From IMG/VR virus record IMGVR_UViG_3300032291_003166: a DNA stretch of 64,000 nt. One strand, 5' to 3'. Numbering within the stretch: position 1 is the first letter of the stretch; each line of letters starts with the position of its first letter. This DNA comes from a virus (taxonomy: Duplodnaviria > Heunggongvirae > Uroviricota > Caudoviricetes). The notes below the pieces were generated by a model that made no database searches, had not been told where the DNA came from, and worked only from the letters and a program-made list of their open reading frames with translations. Below are positions 20,699 to 28,536 of this stretch, piece by piece. A program made the translations under genes and the position numbers.

Positions 20699-21367
20699 TT
20701 ATTGTTCTCCTTTTAATCTTTCTTCGTGGTGGTCGGAAGGTAATATATTTGCTTTAATAGGCCTAGTTTTTAGTAAACTAATTACTTCCTCCATTGAGTA
20801 AGGTGTTAAAGCATTTCCATCCATCCCTACATCCATTGATCTTCCACTCATTATTTTCTTATTTTTAGGTAAATGAACATGACCAAATAAATGATATCTT
20901 CCATTATTCATATCATGCCAACTACATAGTGGATAATGATCAACTACAAACTCAACTTTATTTTCACCTTTATGGTTATACACAGTTAAGACTTCATATT
21001 GGAAAGTTTGAGTAAAAATATCTTGAATATTTTGTCTATTATTCTGGATATGATGATCATGGTTTCCATAAGCTAGATAAATGTTACGACAAATTATTCT
21101 ATCTCTAAATTCTTTAATTGATTCAAAACCCCCAAATGACCAGTCACCTAAGTGAATTAAGATATCATCCTGCATAACAAGTCTATTGATGTTATCAACA
21201 ATGGCATCATTCATATGTTCTAATGTTTGAAAATCTCTTGTTTGGTCAACAGGAATTTCTCCATCTTGAGTTCTCCAATTAGTAACTCCTCTACAAATGT
21301 TTTTGTGATTATAATGTGTGTCTGAAGTAAAGAATAGCTTTTGGCCTTTTTCTAATTTTATTTTCAT
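20699..21367 (-). CDS. calcineurin-like metallophosphoesterase (candidate 2',3'-phosphatase of RNA repair)
   Basis: DxH (SDTHYNH), GD (HLGDW) and GNHD (YGNHDHH) motifs. Confidence 0.6.
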   Translation of the reverse strand: MKIKLEKGQKLFFTSDTHYNHKNICRGVTNWRTQDGEIPVDQTRDFQTLEHMNDAIVDNINRLVMQDDILIHLGDWSFGGFESIKEFRDRIICRNIYLAYGNHDHHIQNNRQNIQDIFTQTFQYEVLTVYNHKGENKVEFVVDHYPLCSWHDMNNGRYHLFGHVHLPKNKKIMSGRSMDVGMDGNALTPYSMEEVISLLKTRPIKANILPSDHHEERLKGEQ

Positions 21368-21379
21368 AACCTTTATTTC

Positions 21380-21415
21380 TTAATATAATTAAATATAACA
21401 AACTAACCTAGGTCA
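21380..21415 (-). promoter_or_regulatory. promoter-like element, variant A (TTAATATAATTAAATATAAC-N11-GGTCA)
   Basis: Upstream of 20699-21367 with a cataacctttattt leader. Confidence 0.6.
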
Positions 21416-21754
21416 TTATTTCCAAAATAACTGGATTAATATAATTGATATTGATAAGCCTAAACAAACTAATGTTTTAGTGGTTATTGCTTCCCCAAAC
21501 CAAAGTTTAGACATTAAAATAAAAACGGTCACTCCTACCCCGTATCCAATTAACCTTGAAGGCCATAACTGTCCATCATAAGCAGACACCATGTATTTAA
21601 CAGAGGTTAAAAATAGATAAGAGATAGGAACGCCCAATAATGCTATAACAAGTTGATGATCTTGCATCCACTTAAATCTAAATTGTCCTTGTAATTGAAA
21701 AAATGTTAACGCTTGAGCTAAAGCTCCAATAAGCATTCCGTATACTAATCTCAT
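21416..21754 (-). CDS. integral membrane protein
   Basis: 112 aa with 3-4 hydrophobic helices. Confidence 0.5.
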   Translation of the reverse strand: MRLVYGMLIGALAQALTFFQLQGQFRFKWMQDHQLVIALLGVPISYLFLTSVKYMVSAYDGQLWPSRLIGYGVGVTVFILMSKLWFGEAITTKTLVCLGLSISIILIQLFWK

Positions 21755-21917
21755 AATTCCTCTTTTTTAACATATTTTATCCCACACTCAGTCTCCCGCA
21801 TATTATCCGGTCCTACTCCTTCCCACGCCTTAGCAATAAATTCTAAGTCAGTTGGGTTAGCGTTTTTATTGGCGGCTATAGTGGAGAAATACTCCAATGT
21901 GCGTTGCATTATTATAA

Positions 21918-22115
21918 TCATATTTTTCTATCTAATGATATGTTTTTACAAAATCTAATTTCCTTATTATTCAAAGTCCAAATCTCACCATTATCCATAG
22001 CACAAGTAAATAATAAGTTATGTTCTTGAGAATAATCAATTACTAAAAAAGCATAACCCTCCATTCCATCACTTAATCGATAAACAGGGATCATAGGATT
22101 TAATTGTAATATCAT
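21918..22115 (-). CDS. small hypothetical protein
   Basis: 65 aa ORF. Confidence 0.4.
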   Translation of the reverse strand: MILQLNPMIPVYRLSDGMEGYAFLVIDYSQEHNLLFTCAMDNGEIWTLNNKEIRFCKNISLDRKI

Positions 22116-22339
22116 ATTATGATACCTTTAACTATTGTTTTACCTTCTAATTGCTCTTTATCAAGTTCTCTTACTTTCTCATGAGATCCAAAATACCAAG
22201 AGTCATTAACATTTAATGCTATTTCTTCTTCAGGTGATATATAACTTACATCATGGTATCCTCCTTCATATCCATGTCTGAATACTCTTATGTTAGGATC
22301 TAATTGTTGTAATTGAGTAATTAATTCTTGTACTGTCAT
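22112..22339 (-). CDS. small hypothetical protein
   Basis: 75 aa ORF. Confidence 0.4.
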   Translation of the reverse strand: MTVQELITQLQQLDPNIRVFRHGYEGGYHDVSYISPEEEIALNVNDSWYFGSHEKVRELDKEQLEGKTIVKGIII

Positions 22340-22352
22340 ATTAATTCTTTAG

Positions 22353-22426
22353 TGGACCCTGCTGGGCTCGAACCAGCGACCCACAGATTATGAGTCTGTT
22401 GCTCTAACCAACTGAGCTAAGGGTCC
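22353..22426 (-). tRNA. tRNA-Met (anticodon CAT)
   Basis: Minus-strand sequence GGACCCTTAGCTCAGTTGGTTAGAGCAACAGACTCATAATCTGTGGGTCGCTGGTTCGAGCCCAGCAGGGTCCA folds as a perfect cloverleaf: 7-bp acceptor GGACCCT/AGGGTCC, D-arm GCTC..GAGC, anticodon loop CTCATAA, T-arm GCTGG-TTCGAGC-CCAGC. Confidence 0.9.
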
Positions 22427-22434
22427 GGTGTTTA

Positions 22435-22626
22435 TTATAACAAATCTTTAATCATTTGTTTTTCCTTTTCTAATAAACTAATTAATTCATCAATTAATTC
22501 TAATCTAAATTCACAATCATCATCATAAAAATCATCAAATTTTTCTAAAATAGAATCATTAATCTTTTCATTTAATTGTTTATTAATCTGTTCAAATACA
22601 GATTTTTCAATTTTACTTAATACCAT
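22435..22626 (-). CDS. small hypothetical protein
   Basis: 63 aa ORF. Confidence 0.4.
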   Translation of the reverse strand: MVLSKIEKSVFEQINKQLNEKINDSILEKFDDFYDDDCEFRLELIDELISLLEKEKQMIKDLL

Positions 22627-22647
22627 AATCTTTATTTTTTTTTTTAT

Positions 22648-22833
22648 TTAATTAATTAACCAACCATGTATTTCATTACTACGTCTAATTAACTCATCCT
22701 CTTGTTCAGGCGTAAGTAAATCATACGCTTGTTCTAACTCATAAGCTAAATCATCAGAGATCTCAGAGTAATTATCAATTTGATCATTCGCTTTCTTTTG
22801 CAACTCAATAATTCTTTCAACTAAATTTTCCAT
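22648..22833 (-). CDS. small acidic hypothetical protein
   Basis: 61 aa ORF behind a promoter-motif copy. Confidence 0.4.
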   Translation of the reverse strand: MENLVERIIELQKKANDQIDNYSEISDDLAYELEQAYDLLTPEQEDELIRRSNEIHGWLIN

Positions 22834-22846
22834 GTCTTTTTAATCT

Positions 22847-22882
22847 TTAATATAATTAAATATAACTAAGGAGTCGAGGTCA
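22847..22882 (-). promoter_or_regulatory. promoter-like element, variant A
   Basis: Upstream of 22648-22833. Confidence 0.6.
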
Positions 22883-22938
22883 ATTAAAACCCTTTCGAGT
22901 TCGAACCACCACACCCTTCCTCTATATATACAAATATA

Positions 22939-23184
22939 TTATGTATGTGTTATATTGTATAAATCAGCCATTGGATTATCCATTGGTAAGTTAATTAATG
23001 CCCAATGTGTTACTTCGGTGTTATAATCATCTCGATTTCCCTTAAACCATATTTCATCTCCAGGGGCCATATTACATCTTTCATCCATTACTATTCCCCA
23101 TCCACCATATGTTAATACTTGTTCCCCAACTGGTGGTAATTCGTCTTTAATGTTTATCCAGTTTATCATATTAAATAATTGCAA
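22939..23184 (-). CDS. small hypothetical protein (DUF551-like?)
   Basis: 81 aa ORF, W/G-rich. Confidence 0.35.
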   Translation of the reverse strand: MQLFNMINWINIKDELPPVGEQVLTYGGWGIVMDERCNMAPGDEIWFKGNRDDYNTEVTHWALINLPMDNPMADLYNITHT

Positions 23185-23344
23185 AATATTTTAAAATATA
23201 AATAATTGAATAACCCGCTCCACCAAAACCCAACAACCTGAATAAAAATTTCAAAAACAATGACCCAGTCAAATTAGCAAAAGTAAAAAATAATGATTGG
23301 GGTAATGTAATAATCGCTAATATTAATCCTAATTTTTCCATAAT

Positions 23345-23572
23345 TTAAATTGCTTCAATTCCGGTGATACTTCTGTTATTTAATTTGATTGAGCGTTTAT
23401 TACCCTCTAATAAATTTTCAAGTGTAATTACTCTAATGAACTCGGCATTGATCTCTTTAACCATACCTTTAACATTAAACCAATATTGTGAACCAGAACC
23501 TCCTCCTAAATTTTCAACAACGTTGAACTCGTATTTACTGTTTACTTTGATTTTTGATAATTGCGTTTTCAT
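23345..23572 (-). CDS. small hypothetical protein
   Basis: 75 aa ORF. Confidence 0.4.
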   Translation of the reverse strand: MKTQLSKIKVNSKYEFNVVENLGGGSGSQYWFNVKGMVKEINAEFIRVITLENLLEGNKRSIKLNNRSITGIEAI

Positions 23573-23578
23573 AACCTT

Positions 23579-23767
23579 TTATTTAATAATTAAACCAAGT
23601 TCATTTACTGACTTTAACTCTTTACTATACACTTCAACCAAATAGTCAGTTTCTCCAGTTATAACACCTGTCTTCCAAGTGTGTAATAAATTCTCTATTA
23701 ATCTGGCTCTTGTTAATATAGCCATATTTAATATTGATACTTGTTCATTTGTTAATTCTATTTTCAT
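23579..23767 (-). CDS. small hypothetical protein
   Basis: 62 aa ORF behind a promoter-motif copy. Confidence 0.4.
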   Translation of the reverse strand: MKIELTNEQVSILNMAILTRARLIENLLHTWKTGVITGETDYLVEVYSKELKSVNELGLIIK

Positions 23768-23786
23768 AACCTTAATTTTTAAATTT

Positions 23787-23822
23787 TTAATATATTTAAA
23801 TATAACAAACTAGTCGCGGTTA
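23787..23822 (-). promoter_or_regulatory. promoter-like element, variant A (GGTTA variant box inside a GCGGTT-AAACCGC palindrome)
   Basis: Upstream of 23579-23767. Confidence 0.55.
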
Positions 23823-24239
23823 AACCGCAACTTCTTCATTCATAACAAACGCTTTTGAAGCCCATGTTTTAGCATTAACTGCTTTATATTGTTCCTGGCT
23901 ATACAAATTGGTGTTAAAATATAACTGATTGATAACACCAACCTCCAAACCTAATAACATATCCTCATCAATCATGATAACCTTTTTACCATTACGAGCA
24001 AAAACATTCAACCAAACATTACTATCTTCTGCTTTAAACTCAACAGTCTGTAAAGCACCTTTTTTATAACTACCTAATACAGCTGATGGATTGTTTGAGT
24101 AGTACTCATTATAACGTGGATCAACATCAACACAAGTTAACATACCGGACTGAGTTTTAACAATTGTTCTAAATTTACCTTTACGACCTTTAATAAATTC
24201 TACTGTGTTGATCTTTGTTGTGTTTATTACTTTTTTCAT
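23820..24239 (-). CDS. hypothetical protein
   Basis: 139 aa ORF behind a promoter-motif copy. Confidence 0.5.
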   Translation of the reverse strand: MKKVINTTKINTVEFIKGRKGKFRTIVKTQSGMLTCVDVDPRYNEYYSNNPSAVLGSYKKGALQTVEFKAEDSNVWLNVFARNGKKVIMIDEDMLLGLEVGVINQLYFNTNLYSQEQYKAVNAKTWASKAFVMNEEVAV

Positions 24240-24257
24240 AACCTTTATTTCTTATTT

Positions 24258-24294
24258 TTTCTTATATAATAAAGATACTAAGGCAGCCCGGGTC
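24258..24294 (-). promoter_or_regulatory. promoter-like element, variant B
   Basis: Upstream of 23820-24239. Box is CCCGGGTCA. Confidence 0.6.
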
Positions 24295-24402
24295 AACCAA
24301 CGATATGTATATATATCATCCGTATTAAAAAATCTATAAGAAACTCTTCTTGCGATCCCGATAACTTGTGCGCAAATGGGTAATTCGCGGTTTATAGAGC
24401 AG

Positions 24403-24588
24403 CTATTTGAGCTGGTGTCTATCTAATAAACATTTGGGACATTCCTTATCTTTATTGATAGGAGTACAACAAACAGGACATATGTGATCTACTTCATTCA
24501 TAGTATTAAATATTATATACGTATATATGCCATCGACGCAAAAGATCGTTTTCGATCGGAGAACACATATCATCTTTTTACGGGTCAA
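24403..24588 (-). CDS. small zinc-finger protein (4 Cys)
   Basis: CPVCC...CPKC. The real start may be the internal Met (MNEVDH...). Confidence 0.35.
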   Translation of the reverse strand: MTRKKMICVLRSKTIFCVDGIYTYIIFNTMNEVDHICPVCCTPINKDKECPKCLLDRHQLK

Positions 24589-24602
24589 CCACTCACGTCG
24601 AT

Positions 24603-24700
24603 GGACCTCTATTACCGGGGGGCCTCTAACATCCTTGAACCTCTAAGGCCCGGGATCTTTTTTTACCCCCCTTTAGCCTTTTTAATCTTGCACCTCTAAC
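24603..24700. repeat. four direct copies of CCTCTA(A) (17-, 17- and 53-nt spacing) in a GC-enriched intergenic segment
   Basis: ggaCCTCTAtta, ggCCTCTAAcat, aaCCTCTAAggc, caCCTCTAAcaa, interspersed with CCGGGGGG, CCCGGG and CCCCCC. Confidence 0.5.
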
Positions 24701-24930
24701 AACTCGTCGTCGTTATTTAAATCTAACGCATCATTGTAAATTCCACCATCGACATCAGCTATTAACGAGTCGAGTTCCGATATAGCCGATTCCAATTTAG
24801 AGGTCACGTTATGATAGCTATCCTCTATTAATTGCTGGTTATCTGTATTACGCAGTTCATCATCCAGGTTAGTATATAGTTCCTGTAGTTCCGCTTTAAT
24901 TTCGTTTAGGTATTGAGTTAGTTCATCCAT
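24682..24930 (-). CDS. small acidic hypothetical protein
   Basis: 82 aa ORF, strongly acidic. Confidence 0.45.
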   Translation of the reverse strand: MDELTQYLNEIKAELQELYTNLDDELRNTDNQQLIEDSYHNVTSKLESAISELDSLIADVDGGIYNDALDLNNDDELLEVQD

Positions 24931-25166
24931 TGTATTATAGTTTAATTGTTGTACTTAATCCTAATACACAAAATGTAAATCCATCTACACCATGTGCGAA
25001 ATATAGTATAGGAAAGTGCCTATAATTACTTTTACTAATGTAGCCAAATTTATAGCTAAATTTAATACCACGTGTTGTTTTCATAATTTTAATTTTTAAT
25101 ATAAATACTATCAATAATGGCTTTTAAAACTCATCCCATCCGGGGTAAAGAAACTAGGCCAATTAG

Positions 25167-25196
25167 TTTTTGCTGTAGTCAGGACAGGAATCGAAC
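25167..25196 (-). other. tRNA-like 3' fragment (T-arm ACAGG-TTCGATT-CCTGT plus acceptor-like CCTGACT-A) without a recognisable 5' half
   Basis: Minus strand reads ...GTAACAGGTTCGATTCCTGTCCTGACTACAGCA. The complementary AGTCAGG is found only ~140 nt upstream, at + 25302-25308. Confidence 0.3.
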
Positions 25197-25490
25197 CTGT
25201 TACATTAGCTTCACTTGGTTTCCTATCTTTTGCAGGTTTTAAAATATCTCAGATTGTCGCCCTACTCATATTTTATTATACCGCTACTGTATTTCCGCCA
25301 CCTGACTATATATCATTGGGAGGTTAAGTCCGCGGTTGTTACTCACTCACTATCCGGACCACCGGAGCAGCTTAACCTATTACATCATATACTATTGCAA
25401 TATGATAACCGTTTTATTATTAAGGAATTATAACCGACTATTTCTATTAATGGCAGACTCACCTCGGTTTAATTTTTTTAACTTCCTTAT

Positions 25491-25595
25491 TTAATTATCT
25501 TTATTTTTTAATTCATCAATCTTGTTACTTAAATTGTTATAACTAAGTATAATAAACACCATGTTTACTACTAATAAAAATGCTAATACTGCCAT
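25491..25595 (-). CDS. small hydrophobic peptide (34 aa), paralog of the peptide at 28088-28237, not in ORF track
   Basis: Manual translation MAVLAFLLVVNMVFIILSYNNLSNKIDELKNKDN, preceded by cataatttt... and a promoter-motif copy. Confidence 0.4.
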   Translation of the reverse strand: MAVLAFLLVVNMVFIILSYNNLSNKIDELKNKDN

Positions 25596-25620
25596 AATTT
25601 TTTATTTAATTTTTTTAACT

Positions 25621-25656
25621 TCCTATATATTAAATATAACTACCCTACCCGGGTCA
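25621..25656 (-). promoter_or_regulatory. promoter-like element, variant A, followed (upstream) by a GC-rich hairpin
   Basis: Upstream of the small peptide gene 25491-25595. Box is CCCGGGTCA. Confidence 0.55.
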
Positions 25657-25663
25657 TCCAATC

Positions 25664-25689
25664 GTGCACTTCCGCGGGTGGGAGGCGCA
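25664..25689. repeat. GC-rich hairpin repeat, copy 1 (gtgcacttccgcgggtgggaggcgca)
   Basis: Near-identical to copy 2. Each sits immediately upstream of a CCCGGGTCA promoter box. Confidence 0.55.
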
Positions 25690-25755
25690 TGTTTTCCTCT
25701 CCCAAACCTCCCCCCGCGCGGTTTTTATGGCGCGGTTTCCCTCCGCGTGTTATTT

Positions 25756-25971
25756 TTATGCGGCTTTTATCTCCACCGTTTTATTCTCCAATTCCTCTTT
25801 CTCCACTGAAATATAATATGTACTGTTGTCTGTGTTTTTACATATGAACACATGTTTACCTGATGCGCTATCTGTACCTAAATAAATACCTACGTGGTAA
25901 GTTGTTGTACCGTCTTCATATTTGCGTTTGATGTTGTAATTGTTTTTAATAACTAATTCCATAACCTGCAT
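25756..25971 (-). CDS. small hypothetical protein
   Basis: 71 aa ORF. A second ATG at 25960-25962 sits in the conserved cataacct context. Confidence 0.45.
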   Translation of the reverse strand: MQVMELVIKNNYNIKRKYEDGTTTYHVGIYLGTDSASGKHVFICKNTDNSTYYISVEKEELENKTVEIKAA

Positions 25972-26010
25972 TTCTTATTATATATAAATATAACAACCCA
26001 ACCCGGGTCA
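25972..26010 (-). promoter_or_regulatory. promoter-like element, variant A/B hybrid, followed (upstream) by a GC-rich hairpin
   Basis: Upstream of 25756-25971. Box is CCCGGGTCA. Confidence 0.55.
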
Positions 26011-26023
26011 CCCTAGCAGGATC

Positions 26024-26047
26024 GCGCACTCCCGCGGGTGGGAGCGC
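26024..26047. repeat. GC-rich hairpin repeat, copy 2 (gcgcactcccgcgggtgggagcgc)
   Basis: CTCCC-gcggg-TGGGAG stem-loop extended by GCG/CGC. Confidence 0.55.
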
Positions 26048-26306
26048 AATATTTTTTAATCCCAGCGCGTTGACCCGCAATATATCTGTATATAGGTCCC
26101 CTCTTTGTAGGGAGGCTTGGCCTCCGGCGCAAGGGGTGAACGTACCCACATCTCGCCACCACCCACACTTACACTACCGATCACATACCATCACACACTC
26201 ACACTTATATATAAACGCTATAACAACGCTTTACTAACCGGCTTGTCACCCACCGGCACCGTTTATCATCCATCACAGTAGTCGTTTATATCGCCGCTAT
26301 GTCGTC

Positions 26307-26513
26307 TTACTTGCCCGCCGTTTGGATGTAATCGTTTATATATTTTATCGTATTCTCGACCCTATACACTCGTCCACTCACCATGTATATATCTACATAG
26401 CTTGACTTTGCGTCTCCATTTCCGTCACGTACGATATGTGCTTCCATTGTCTCGATGTTGGACTCGTTTAGCCATATCGATCTGTCTTGTTGGTACTTAG
26501 TTAGTTCTATCAT
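26307..26513 (-). CDS. small hypothetical protein in GC-elevated segment
   Basis: 68 aa ORF. Local composition differs from the rest of the window. Confidence 0.4.
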   Translation of the reverse strand: MIELTKYQQDRSIWLNESNIETMEAHIVRDGNGDAKSSYVDIYMVSGRVYRVENTIKYINDYIQTAGK

Positions 26514-26523
26514 GCTGGATTAT

Positions 26524-26805
26524 TTATTCTTCTATATCGTCTTCTACCATTTGTTTTATTATGGCATGGTCATTTTGGTTTAGGAAACCCATTTGTTCGT
26601 TTGCTATCTTGGTTACCATCTCTTGTGCTCTGCACCAACCCTCATTGAACACATCTTGTATATCACTATAATACATTTGTTGTGCTTTATCAAAGTATGG
26701 CTTTAAGTCAACCGTTTCTATCCATGATGCTAATCTACGTCCACCACCATCATCATATGTTATTTGTTCCATCAACCAATCAATTGGTGTTTGTTTATTT
26801 GTCAT
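26524..26805 (-). CDS. small hypothetical protein in GC-elevated segment
   Basis: 93 aa ORF. Confidence 0.4.
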   Translation of the reverse strand: MTNKQTPIDWLMEQITYDDGGGRRLASWIETVDLKPYFDKAQQMYYSDIQDVFNEGWCRAQEMVTKIANEQMGFLNQNDHAIIKQMVEDDIEE

Positions 26806-26971
26806 TGTTATTTTTTTAAATTCAACAATCTTTTTGTAATATATATTCTAAATACTTTCCTATTGGGTTTACCATTACAACAATCCAACCATTAGAAAGA
26901 TATTCATTCAAGTGAGTTATATTTGAATAACTAGCATCAGAACAAGTTCTTATAATCATTTGTTTCATATC

Positions 26972-28078
26972 TTATTTCTTTTTAAATTGTTCAAACCATT
27001 CTTTAGGTAATACAGGTATTTTAAGTGTTTTTTCTGCAGAGCACATTAAACAATAATCAGAATATTCAATCATATCTTCCTCACTATACAGTATTTTAGG
27101 TTTTGGTTCAGTAAATGGTACTGCACTAAAGTGAAAATTTCCATTTGATATCTTATAACCAATATAGGCAAATAACTTCCCATTTTTATCAGGTTTTATT
27201 GCGAATACTTCTATGTTTGTAGCATCAGGCGGAACTATTATTTGACTTCTTTCTGCTTGCAATTTAGCTCCATTAATAAATCCTTTTTTATATATTGTCC
27301 TATCAGTTTTATTTATATCCCATTCTTGCTGCGGATAATTACATCCGTCATCAACTCTAAACTCTTCTGGATACTTTTCTAATGACAATCTTTCAGCAGC
27401 TTCTTCAAGTGTTTCTTGTTTAAATTGCTCTAATTTAGTATCAAACTCTTCAATATTATCATTGATTAAATCAATATGTTGTTTAGGTTCTTCTTTTAGA
27501 ACTCTGATAAAACACCCACAATTATGTCCTGAACTATCTAAGAAACAACCATTGTTATTATTTCCTTTGCATTCTCCAATGTATTCGTATTTGTGTTTAG
27601 GTTCTTGTATTGGAAACTTTTCATCTAATTCTTTAATGAATTCTTCCATAGTCACTGTTGGTAGCTGTTTTGGAATGCTGATTTTATAAGTATATCTTCC
27701 TTCCCAATATTGATATTTAACATCAACCCACTCACAACTTGGATTCTTAATAAACCATTCAAGAAACTCATCATCAATAGTTTGTACACCATCTTTGATT
27801 AAGTCTTGGTCTGTTGTTAGGATGATTTTTTTGCAAAAATTTGGGTTAGGTTTAAAAGTGTGTTTAGTTATAATATGAACATCTCCTGCTGCATCTATAT
27901 GATAAAAAGCTCCGTTATCAAATATTGAACTATCATAAGGTAATTTTTCATCAGAAGTGATGTAGATGTGTTGGTCTATTAGACCTTTTACTTCTGTTTC
28001 TTTAAAAAAGTATAATTGATTTACAAATTTACTTAACCTACTTGGTTTATCCGTTGGTATTAAATGAATGTTTTTCAT
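26972..28078 (-). CDS. hypothetical Cys-rich protein
   Basis: 368 aa with Cys clusters GECKGNNNNGCFLDSSGHNCGC and CLMC. Confidence 0.5.
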   Translation of the reverse strand: MKNIHLIPTDKPSRLSKFVNQLYFFKETEVKGLIDQHIYITSDEKLPYDSSIFDNGAFYHIDAAGDVHIITKHTFKPNPNFCKKIILTTDQDLIKDGVQTIDDEFLEWFIKNPSCEWVDVKYQYWEGRYTYKISIPKQLPTVTMEEFIKELDEKFPIQEPKHKYEYIGECKGNNNNGCFLDSSGHNCGCFIRVLKEEPKQHIDLINDNIEEFDTKLEQFKQETLEEAAERLSLEKYPEEFRVDDGCNYPQQEWDINKTDRTIYKKGFINGAKLQAERSQIIVPPDATNIEVFAIKPDKNGKLFAYIGYKISNGNFHFSAVPFTEPKPKILYSEEDMIEYSDYCLMCSAEKTLKIPVLPKEWFEQFKKK

Positions 28079-28087
28079 AACCTTTAT

Positions 28088-28237
28088 TTATAATTTTATA
28101 TCTATATCCTTACTATCAATTTTCCTCTTCAATTCTGTAATTTTATCTAAAATAACTTTTTGATATCCTGATATAATAAAGAAAAACATTATATTAAGGA
28201 AAATGCTTACTACTAATAAAAATGCTAATGCTGTCAT
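28088..28237 (-). CDS. small hydrophobic peptide (49 aa), paralog of the peptide at 25491-25595, not in ORF track
   Basis: Manual translation MTALAFLLVVSIFLNIMFFFIISGYQKVILDKITELKRKIDSKDIDIKL. Start sits in the cataacctttattt context behind a promoter-motif copy. Confidence 0.45.
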   Translation of the reverse strand: MTALAFLLVVSIFLNIMFFFIISGYQKVILDKITELKRKIDSKDIDIKL

Positions 28238-28245
28238 AACCTTTA

Positions 28246-28285
28246 TTTTTAAATATAATTAAATATAATAATCTAGTCGGGGTCA
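28246..28285 (-). promoter_or_regulatory. promoter-like element, variant A
   Basis: Upstream of the small peptide gene 28088-28237. Confidence 0.6.
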
Positions 28286-28536
28286 TTATTTATTTTGTAT
28301 GTCTGGTCATATACCCTATCCCATTCCATATCGTACCTATGTTTTGTTCCTTCATCTAAATCATCATATATGTTCTCCATAAAGTACTTGTCCATTCTAT
28401 AAGCGATTTGCAAGTGAATTAAGTATGACTGGCAATAGTGGCCGTCCGGGGCTTGAGTACACATTAATGGACTACAGCATCCTTCCTCACCACATGCACT
28501 ACAAGCCGGACAATACGGACTATACTTTTCTTCCAT
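28273..28536 (-). CDS. small Cys-rich protein
   Basis: 87 aa with CPACSACGEEGCC. Confidence 0.4.
   Translation of the reverse strand: MEEKYSPYCPACSACGEEGCCSPLMCTQAPDGHYCQSYLIHLQIAYRMDKYFMENIYDDLDEGTKHRYDMEWDRVYDQTYKINNDPD

Noticed and set aside
22885-22905. GAGTTCGAACC T-loop-like string suggesting a second tRNA
   Set aside because: Flanking sequence cannot form T-stem, acceptor or D/anticodon arms on either strand.
25160-25460. Prophage attP / integrase module interpretation of the tRNA 3' fragment
   Set aside because: No integrase, excisionase or repressor-like genes are present anywhere in the 64 kb. The fragment is kept only as a low-confidence oddity.
25946-26149. 67-aa minus-strand ORF across the GC-rich hairpin region
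   Set aside because: It spans the hairpin repeat and the promoter box, has no start context, and is more plausibly non-coding structured DNA or RNA.
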